From a virus (lineage: Duplodnaviria > Caudoviricetes), in the IMG/VR virus record IMGVR_UViG_3300036767_000520, positions 1 through 35,272 of that record: a stretch of DNA of 35,272 bases. One strand, written 5' to 3'. The notes beneath the pieces were generated by a model that saw nothing but the letters and a program-made list of their open reading frames with translations, was not told the DNA's origin and made no database searches. Within the stretch, counting starts at the first letter, position 1; each line of letters opens with the position of its first letter. A program made the position numbers and the translations under genes. Below are positions 26,201 to 32,247 of this stretch, in pieces.

Positions 26201-27156
26201 GCTTGCTGGACAGCGTAAGGAATTTCACCAACTTGTGATGCTTGGTTTACAGCCCTTTGAAACTCTGCCATCTGTTCGTGGCTTAACTGAATGGTTACTT
26301 CTTCCCCTCTTTCATTATCAAACGTCAATAAATTCCCATCATGGATTTTGGGACGCTCTACATCTTCACCTGCGACAGGGATTTTGTATGATTTTCCCTG
26401 AACCTCAACCCATATACTGGTTTTGTATTTCCCCTCTTTTGGGTTTCCTGTGAACAGACTACCCGTGCTATACCACCCATCCTCGTCCACCGCAGGCGTA
26501 AAGCTGATTGGCACTTCTGGTATATTCAATGAATCTGTAATTGATTTTTTTTCTCCCTGCAACGCTCTAACCAAAGCAAGATTGTGAGGATTGTTCTTGA
26601 TCATTTTATCAATCTGGGCAATCTTTTTAAATTTAGCTTCCCTACTCTCGGGGGTTTCTGGTCTGGTATCCCGATATTCCTGATCCAATTTTTGTAAATG
26701 TTTCCCTAATTCTAGACGATTTATTGTCCCAGTATTTGGGTCTATGAACTGTTTCGCCAGTTCGTTTGGATTTAATTGCCAATCTACATTGGGGGCTACA
26801 TCTTTAATAATACCGTTGACCACTTTTACGTTTTTATCAAAATGGGCTTTATATGCTTTTTCCCTAGCCCTAGACACTTGACCGCCCCTGACTTCATTTC
26901 TCAAGTCATTAAGTTCTCTGCGAGCCTTATCCTCGGCTAATCCCTGCCCTATGGTAAGTAATAAACTATTCGTAGTTGTGGGGTCAGCCTTAATCGCATC
27001 AATAAGAGTTTTGTTTTGAGAAGTCATATTCTTCAAAACACTATTCTCTATGCGATTTAAGGTGCTATTAGTTCTATAATTACTTACCGAACCTAGATCG
27101 CCCAAGTCGTATTTAGTGATTGGCTCAATCGCTAAATTGGTAGGAAGTTCCTTCAT
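23272..27156 (-). CDS. internal virion/ejection protein with C-terminal lytic transglycosylase (SLT) domain
   Basis: 1294 aa. AQVESNF (catalytic Glu), GLGLLQMTPKTA, NPELNI, AYNNAG. Middle region is low-complexity and repeat-rich. Confidence 0.85.
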   Translation of the reverse strand: MKELPTNLAIEPITKYDLGDLGSVSNYRTNSTLNRIENSVLKNMTSQNKTLIDAIKADPTTTNSLLLTIGQGLAEDKARRELNDLRNEVRGGQVSRAREKAYKAHFDKNVKVVNGIIKDVAPNVDWQLNPNELAKQFIDPNTGTINRLELGKHLQKLDQEYRDTRPETPESREAKFKKIAQIDKMIKNNPHNLALVRALQGEKKSITDSLNIPEVPISFTPAVDEDGWYSTGSLFTGNPKEGKYKTSIWVEVQGKSYKIPVAGEDVERPKIHDGNLLTFDNERGEEVTIQLSHEQMAEFQRAVNQASQVGEIPYAVQQAKGFDPFSGVQTQSREVTGEGVGSNLTSDSVSAASTSTVDTGDGSNLGPGDKLGKIVIGSGSYDANADPTVIQGQSGGSTTTPPIPHETGILLPTTPPIPHETGILLPATPTPGGSGVESGLTQEEVLKQLIENRRIKKKEHLDGITGGPPIPHETGILSGSIPISSGTTGGVDNDLDSYLARIQKENPELYNYLARIQKENPEGFKKVMDKIASGSFGPQYPRTPGTVGRITTYPNITPDTPITTVDTGDGSNLGPGDKLGGIVKESGFYDANVDPAVIQRQIEDALANRGLDKTIKKFQKGRDAYKTKRNAGDGKRIEEGSILYRSKEFPNLTKERIGHTPDGRPIWKNEPEIDEQGRSWDSESSERAVIFKYKGKYYSYPTIFNRMVNGELVPYEITGGQAKAMAIGYKFIDPETGVKSKGFNTEEEARAYAKERSSHLGDQLVRPKVKKKKGGKSSVFGRKSVVDDMTLKTEPRSTYSRADADEQQRIDRGEQTAREENLERIARQMARVHSKPPEPSLADQAGDIYNSLKDRFASTEEVSAGSSAKEEQTVREENLERIARQMARVHSKPPEPSLADQAGGIYNSLKDRFASIEEVNAGSSAKEVKPRELSDEQKRNIARTEAINNIRNSGNVDDGGVLGKVRSEINALGSNIEEKKQEVKSTFNSTQEALVEKAKEFMAYKGVTGKSGNDMVGWISRNFQEFKEWASGNTTPDKVNARDRSERMQKANATGIDERYLVALAKRHGDKPLPKNTPLLKSFQRGLTLAGRSGKAKDVRPGFIVALAQVESNFDTRAEGIEMDRKGKSIKGGRVQGLGLLQMTPKTAGGTPLGKTKFKGKSDAEISRMLKDNPELNIAISTQFAQQLYNKFKTNEYTKGFSQRDMELLVGTAYNNAGESFEKAVNQIKPKNFRDLLMRAGKYKNGNPHLEGQTRTHIRRLKKALNKKYMVLPSGKKKKRPLLDRITAPFNERG
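24375..24717. repeat. 171-bp in-frame tandem duplication (57 aa x2)
   Basis: Copies start at 24375 and 24546; 7 mismatches counted by eye, all transitions. Confidence 0.95.
25360..26093. repeat. 110-bp direct repeats (25360-25469 and 25984-26093) enclosing nested repeats
   Basis: TVDTGDGSNLGPGDKLG... x2. Inside: YLARIQKENPE x2 (25592-25624, 25634-25666), a 42-bp tandem (25880-25963) and a third PIPHETGIL copy (25710-25752). Confidence 0.95.
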
Positions 27157-27217
27157 ATATTTGCCCTTTGTCTTGAAAATTTAACAGCGTCTTACCTGGC
27201 GTACCAACGAAAAGCTG

Positions 27218-28606
27218 TCAGGATATGAGGGTTGGTATGTCGTATGAATCATATATATACCTAGTATCGTTTGGCACTAAATCACCAAACCCTCTCATCC
27301 CTAGTTTAGTCATCTCAAGACCCTGCAATGCTTGAGTTTGAGCCTTTTTCGTGTCTGCCGCATATTTAGCTGTATTATATTGATTGGCTCCCTGTAATCC
27401 CAACAATTGAGTCGAGTAATTTTGATCACGCTGACTATTCAGATCAGCCAATTGATAACGTCTATTTTGCTCATTAAAGTTTGCGTCCCAACGGTCTTGA
27501 ACATCGCCATAGTTAGCCCCTGCAAGAATAGCGTTAACACCCATTTGCCGAGTGTTTGCCAATTCTGCATTCCTTCTTAAAACCTCTGCTTCCGCTTGTT
27601 GTCTACTTTTTAAATCAGTCTCCACTCTCGATTGTGCAAGTTGTCCAAACTGATCATTTCCCCCTGCACTTGCAAGCCTTCCGAGTTGAGCTAATACTTG
27701 TTTTGTCTCTTTTTGAGCATCATCATAATCGCTATCAGTACGCGCTTTATATGATGCATAAAGCAAAGCAGTCTGTGCGTCTAGATCTTCTTGGCTTACG
27801 TTGGTTGAATCGTAAAAATTTTGAACTGCTTCACCTACGCCTGCCGATCTTTCTGCTCCCAACTCACCACGAACCCTTGCTTCGTAAATTCGATCATTAC
27901 TTAGACCTTGGGCTGACATTGCTCTAGAAATTGCATTTCTTTGCTCTGGAGAAAGGCTTGGGTTTTGCATTTCAGCAGTCAATTGCTCAATTGTCATATG
28001 ACCTAAAGTTTGGTCATAAGTTTGAGCCTGTTGCACGTTAGAAAAATCCATCATTGGCACATCTTCTGGATATTGTGCCATTGCCTGATTTAAAACCCCA
28101 GAACCAATCATGTAGGATGCAAATGGGTTTTCTGTAACAGCCGTTCCCACTCTGCTTAAGAACCCCGGGTTTACAACAGTTGAAGAAGAGGGAGCCAGAC
28201 TGCCTAGTGATGACACTCCCGCAGAGGCGGGAACATAGGAGGTAGAGGGAGCCAGACTGCCTAGTGATGACACTGCCCCTGTCCCTGTTCCGAATGCTCC
28301 CATTCCTGCTGTCGTTGTTCCACCTAATCCAGTAGGTATAGCTCCAAGTGATCCAAGTGAAGACACCCCAGGGGTAAGGGCTGTAGTCCCACCTCCTAGT
28401 GATCCAAAACCCATTGAGGTTGGAACTCCTGCTGGGGTAAAGCCACCTCCCCCTAACCCTGCTCCTGCTCCTGCTCCTCCTAGCCCTGCTCCGGTTGCCC
28501 CTGTTTCGGCCGCTCCCCACCAACCCGCACCCGCAGGTCCCGTTGCAACAACAACGGCCGCTGCCAGAGCAACATATCCGATTATCTTACCCGTATCTCC
28601 ACCCAT
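27218..28606 (-). CDS. DNA ejection / pilot-like virion protein
   Basis: Hydrophobic Gly/Ala-rich N-terminus, Gln-rich helical C-terminus, position in the ejection cluster. VSSLGSLAPS repeat at 28187-28217 and 28244-28274. Confidence 0.7.
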   Translation of the reverse strand: MGGDTGKIIGYVALAAAVVVATGPAGAGWWGAAETGATGAGLGGAGAGAGLGGGGFTPAGVPTSMGFGSLGGGTTALTPGVSSLGSLGAIPTGLGGTTTAGMGAFGTGTGAVSSLGSLAPSTSYVPASAGVSSLGSLAPSSSTVVNPGFLSRVGTAVTENPFASYMIGSGVLNQAMAQYPEDVPMMDFSNVQQAQTYDQTLGHMTIEQLTAEMQNPSLSPEQRNAISRAMSAQGLSNDRIYEARVRGELGAERSAGVGEAVQNFYDSTNVSQEDLDAQTALLYASYKARTDSDYDDAQKETKQVLAQLGRLASAGGNDQFGQLAQSRVETDLKSRQQAEAEVLRRNAELANTRQMGVNAILAGANYGDVQDRWDANFNEQNRRYQLADLNSQRDQNYSTQLLGLQGANQYNTAKYAADTKKAQTQALQGLEMTKLGMRGFGDLVPNDTRYIYDSYDIPTLIS

Positions 28607-28615
28607 AACTAGCCC

Positions 28616-29335
28616 CTATATAATGTTAGTTGTTGATGAACCAAATCCCTGTCCTGCACTCCCTGTTTCTTCATCTTCTGGTTGGTTCAACGCTCTGGCC
28701 GCTAGCACGGAATCGTCTTCCATTCTACTTATTGACTCCTTGAATCTAGCCGCAGACTGTTGCCGTCTTGCTTCAAAGTCTAGGAATGCTCGGTTACGTT
28801 GATCTTGGCTAGAAGCTGATCTTAAATTTAAATCAAAAGCTTTGCTAGCATCTTCAATATCTCTCTGGTAGTTATTCTCCGCAATAGATACTGGAGTACC
28901 ACCTCTAATTGAATTAGCCGCTCTGGTTAATAGATTTTCCTGTTGTGAAATCCTGTCAGCAACTCTTCGTTGCCCTGCCTTCAAAATATCATCCCTACTT
29001 TGACCCGATAGAGTTCCTGCCTGCCTATCCAAGCCAAACCTAGTGCTTGAATTTCCAAGTCCTCTACCTGCCTGTCTTTGTCTAATATCATCTAGCGTCT
29101 GACCGTACTGCCGATCAAGCATACTCAATTGGTTTTCTGTCGTATACTGACTTTGATTACCAATGCCAGTTCTGAAGGTGTCGGTAATTGGATTATTACG
29201 GAGAAAATTATCTGCGTTTGTGTTTCTTTCTTCGGTTAGCCTTTCTGTTTCTCTTCTTTGTGCTTCTATTTGTGCTTGTGCTACCTGTTCTGGACTTGGC
29301 CCTGCTGGGGCTGATCGTCTTCCTCCTCCACCCAT
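28616..29335 (-). CDS. internal virion protein
   Basis: MGGGG...P-rich start is typical of the first ejection protein after the GNAT gene; AAGGAG RBS. Confidence 0.7.
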   Translation of the reverse strand: MGGGGRRSAPAGPSPEQVAQAQIEAQRRETERLTEERNTNADNFLRNNPITDTFRTGIGNQSQYTTENQLSMLDRQYGQTLDDIRQRQAGRGLGNSSTRFGLDRQAGTLSGQSRDDILKAGQRRVADRISQQENLLTRAANSIRGGTPVSIAENNYQRDIEDASKAFDLNLRSASSQDQRNRAFLDFEARRQQSAARFKESISRMEDDSVLAARALNQPEDEETGSAGQGFGSSTTNII

Positions 29336-29897
29336 TTTCGCTCTCCTTATTCTCTGTGTTTTTATAATCTTCTAGTGTCATTCCAAAAAGTTTTATCGGG
29401 AACAACTTACTGTCTACTGAAACCCTGTTTTTTATTTCGCATTCTTTGGTAAGCCCACCTCTCTTAAAATACCCTTCAAGAAGCTTATTTGGATGCATTA
29501 TTATGCCTTCAAGCTTTTCCGCACCACGCTCTTCAAACACAAACTGTTTGACATAATTAAAAGCTAGTTGCGGTAACCCTGACCCATAAAGTTTTCTACT
29601 AATACCTCCATGAAGAACAAAGCAGACAGGTTTTGCGGATATCTGCTCTAAAATAATATATGCAGAACGCTTGTTCTTATAAAATCCAATAAAAGCAGGG
29701 TTGGACTTTATTTGAGTTTCTGCAATCGATATAGCTAAATTAAAATCCATCCCATCATGGAATAATCTTTTAGCAATTACAGGGTCATTGAAATAATTGT
29801 AAACGTACTCCCAATCTTTTTTAAAATGACCGAATGGAGCTAAGAAAGAATCTTCATCTAACCAAATCCTTCCTACCTTATCTGCTTGAAACGACAT
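29208..29897 (-). CDS. GNAT-fold protein, typical of podovirus late modules
   Basis: LHGGISRKLYGSG...GAEKLEGII...FKRGGLTKECEIK is a RimJ-like pattern. Sits just before the ejection genes. Confidence 0.7.
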   Translation of the reverse strand: MSFQADKVGRIWLDEDSFLAPFGHFKKDWEYVYNYFNDPVIAKRLFHDGMDFNLAISIAETQIKSNPAFIGFYKNKRSAYIILEQISAKPVCFVLHGGISRKLYGSGLPQLAFNYVKQFVFEERGAEKLEGIIMHPNKLLEGYFKRGGLTKECEIKNRVSVDSKLFPIKLFGMTLEDYKNTENKESENGWRRKTISPSRAKSRTGSTSTNRSTKKRNRKANRRKKHKRR

Positions 29898-29915
29898 AAA
29901 TCCATTTCTAGGGGT

Positions 29916-30095
29916 CTATGCTTTTGAAATTTCTCTTAGGAAAACGCAACCAACATTTGCATTTTTCGGTATCCCAATACTCTTCGCCTCTTGGACTCTC
30001 TCCACACACTTCTCTTCGCTGTAATGAATTTCTAGAACATCCATTTCACCAATCTGCATCGGGGCATTAAACAAAACCAAAAACAAAATCCACAT
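29916..30095 (-). CDS. small protein with hydrophobic N-terminus and two Cys, 59 aa
   Basis: Hand translation MWILFLVLFNAPMQ...EEKC...VGCVFL. TAATG coupling with the upstream gene. Confidence 0.65.
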   Translation of the reverse strand: MWILFLVLFNAPMQIGEMDVLEIHYSEEKCVERVQEAKSIGIPKNANVGCVFLREISKA

Positions 30096-30460
30096 TATTC
30101 TTGGTAATTAACCCATTCACTAACCATGACCGGAACAGGTTTTAATACATATTCGTATGCTTGTTCAACAGCTTGAGTTGTTATCCTCACACGATTCTTG
30201 CTGTCAACTTTTACCTGGTTGCATTCTGGGCGAGGTATTATTTTCTCTATCTGAAAAATAAAAACACGCTCATTAGCATATTCAATTGCCATCAATCGAT
30301 TTGGCTGTGGCTCAAAATCCCTAATCTCCAAAGGAGGAGGAACTTCCAGTTTTCTTTCATCCTGCATCCCAACATCTGGATAGGCATTATCTTGCCCAGA
30401 AAAATAAAACAATAAAAAGAAACTTAATATTGCTAAAACACCATAAAGTTTTTTACGCAT
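30095..30460 (-). CDS. hypothetical exported or membrane-anchored protein
   Basis: MRKK followed by a hydrophobic signal; AGGGAG RBS. Confidence 0.7.
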   Translation of the reverse strand: MRKKLYGVLAILSFFLLFYFSGQDNAYPDVGMQDERKLEVPPPLEIRDFEPQPNRLMAIEYANERVFIFQIEKIIPRPECNQVKVDSKNRVRITTQAVEQAYEYVLKPVPVMVSEWVNYQE

Positions 30461-30461
30461 A

Positions 30462-30659
30462 CTACTTCTCCCTACACTCTTCTAGTTGTTTAAGTAAGCC
30501 ACGCTCTGTCTCGTATCGCTCGAGCAGAAAAGCTCTACCCACCTGACAAGGTTTTGTCTTGTCTTCGGGGCATACCACTTGTCTGCCATCTGGGACTACC
30601 ACTACTTCCTTCCAGGCGCAACTTGTCAAAAGCAACAGTAAGAGCATCGTCATCACCAT
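30462..30659 (-). CDS. o-spanin (Rz1)-like lipoprotein
   Basis: MVMTMLLLLLLTSC lipobox; overlaps the 3' half of 30535..30777 in another frame. Confidence 0.65.
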   Translation of the reverse strand: MVMTMLLLLLLTSCAWKEVVVVPDGRQVVCPEDKTKPCQVGRAFLLERYETERGLLKQLEECREK

Positions 30660-30777
30660 CAGCCAGTGCCTTGTTAAAATCTTTAATGTCGGTATAAAAA
30701 TCTTCATGCGATTTAGCTTTCTTACGTCTTAAGAACCAGAATAATATTCTCAGAGCCGCTGACAATGCTTGAAGCAT
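30535..30777 (-). CDS. i-spanin (Rz)-like membrane protein
   Basis: N-terminal hydrophobic segment; overlapped by a lipoprotein gene; near holin-like genes. Confidence 0.55.
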   Translation of the reverse strand: MLQALSAALRILFWFLRRKKAKSHEDFYTDIKDFNKALADGDDDALTVAFDKLRLEGSSGSPRWQTSGMPRRQDKTLSGG

Positions 30778-31208
30778 TACTTACCCCCCCTTATTCCGCT
30801 TATTCCCTTCTCTTTAAGGAGGTTAATTAAGCTTTCAGCAATATCAAGCTGTTCCCTTGTTGCCACCCCAGAACTAGGATCTCCTGCAAGTATTCTTGTA
30901 ATAATCGTTTCTTGCAATTCTGTGGGATTGTCAATATAATCACTCCCATTGTTAGTACGGTTATTACTGAATAAGTTGGTTTGTTCTTCTGTTAGCTTAA
31001 ACTTAGGCTTCACGTTGTGATGCCTCATAAACAAACGCATAGACTCATTAGTCAGAATGGAATTTCTTTCTTCTGGTTTCCATTGCTTAAATGGATTTAT
31101 AACAACCGTTCCAGAATTAAAATCAGCCATCCCACCAACCATTGGGTTTTCTGTGAAAAACTTTAGCTCCCCAGTATTTGGGGTTCTCTCAAGTTTGCTA
31201 AAGTCCAT
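30777..31208 (-). CDS. hypothetical protein, possible degenerate zincin-like fold
   Basis: Likely start MDFSK at 31208, adjacent to the upstream stop. VGGMA...VVINP...ILTNESMR. Confidence 0.6.
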   Translation of the reverse strand: MDFSKLERTPNTGELKFFTENPMVGGMADFNSGTVVINPFKQWKPEERNSILTNESMRLFMRHHNVKPKFKLTEEQTNLFSNNRTNNGSDYIDNPTELQETIITRILAGDPSSGVATREQLDIAESLINLLKEKGISGIRGGK

Positions 31209-31209
31209 A

Positions 31210-31413
31210 CTATTTACCTTTTCTATCCTGCCCCATCTTCCATGTACCCATGCCAGTGATACCAACCACTCCCCACATCTCAGGGGTGAACGCATGATAT
31301 CCCATCATCTGACAAACCATCATACCCATTGCAACAACCCAAACGACATACGTCTTGTACCCCGGCATGAAGTTATCTATCGCAGATATTAATCCAGCCA
31401 TTAACTTAGTCAT
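31210..31413 (-). CDS. holin-like two-TM protein
   Basis: GYKTY followed by two TM helices and a basic tail; GGAG RBS. Confidence 0.65.
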   Translation of the reverse strand: MTKLMAGLISAIDNFMPGYKTYVVWVVAMGMMVCQMMGYHAFTPEMWGVVGITGMGTWKMGQDRKGK

Positions 31414-31682
31414 CCTTGCTCTCCTTGTTTTTTGTTTCGTTCCGTTTCTCTATGTTCTAGTAGGTGTGAAAGAATTAACTGATTGGTTGACTTCAACGGC
31501 TCCAAACTGTTGTCCAGATCGGCCCTCGTCAAAATCGAGCGTTCCAATGAGTCCGTTCTCTCTTCTAGTCTGTCAATTCGCCCAAATAATCGTTTCACAA
31601 TAAACGCTATCCCCCCCGCAATAAAAGTACACGCTGCCAGAAACCAATCACTCAACTCTTTTGCAATCACTTCGTACCTCAT
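31410..31682 (-). CDS. single-TM coiled-coil protein, holin/XhlA-like
   Basis: WFLAACTFIAGGIAFIV followed by a coiled coil; coupled to 31413. Confidence 0.6.
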   Translation of the reverse strand: MRYEVIAKELSDWFLAACTFIAGGIAFIVKRLFGRIDRLEERTDSLERSILTRADLDNSLEPLKSTNQLILSHLLEHRETERNKKQGEQG

Positions 31683-31791
31683 CCATAACTAGCTCGCTGA
31701 TAATATTGGCAGTAGTACCCAGTGCCACTGTTTCGATTATTCCACTACAGCCACCCAAAAATAAAGTTGCTGTCAATAAAAACTTAATCAT
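31648..31791 (-). CDS. small lipoprotein, 47 aa (MIKFLLTATLFLGGC|SGIIETVALG...)
   Basis: Hand translation. Signal peptide with LGGC lipobox; starts 1 nt after the upstream stop. Confidence 0.6.
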   Translation of the reverse strand: MIKFLLTATLFLGGCSGIIETVALGTTANIISELVMDEVRSDCKRVE

Positions 31792-31792
31792 T

Positions 31793-32230
31793 TTACTTTA
31801 GACCAAGGGCAATCTTTTCCTCATCACCCTTTGCACAACAAGCCAAAACATGATCCTTTAAATTGGTATCACCAGTTCGCAAGCCCTTCAGTTCTTCTTC
31901 AACTGAATACTTTTCTCTGATACCTTCCTGTACTCTATTATTGATACATTTTTGTTTGTGTAGCCTTCCGCGCATTTCTTTAATTTTTTTTGCGGTTGGG
32001 AAGGATACAGGGACTTGCTTTTCACCACTTAGCGTATCGTTAATATCCATATCATCTGGCATCGAATGCCAGTACTGGACCTCATCTTGCCTAATGTTAT
32101 CGGGGTCTGATTTGTCTCCATATATGATAATGGTTCCAAGGGTTTCTACGCATACTCCTGTCTTATCACCCTCATCCCTTTCGGGAGTTTTGGGCGGTAG
32201 GAACGCTTCCTGTGTATAAAAAACTTTCAT
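31793..32230 (-). CDS. tail-fibre-associated (assembly-chaperone-like) protein
   Basis: Directly downstream of the tail fibre; C-terminal IREKYSVEEE...ALGL pattern; AGGAG RBS. Confidence 0.6.
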   Translation of the reverse strand: MKVFYTQEAFLPPKTPERDEGDKTGVCVETLGTIIIYGDKSDPDNIRQDEVQYWHSMPDDMDINDTLSGEKQVPVSFPTAKKIKEMRGRLHKQKCINNRVQEGIREKYSVEEELKGLRTGDTNLKDHVLACCAKGDEEKIALGLK

Positions 32231-32247
32231 TAATTTCTTCTCCTAAA

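Noticed and set aside
14243-28523. Many short + strand or alternate-frame ORFs within the ejection genes (e.g. 20348..20671, 27556..27927, 28038..28523)
   Set aside because: They are shadows of long, motif-bearing - strand genes and show no recognisable motifs of their own.
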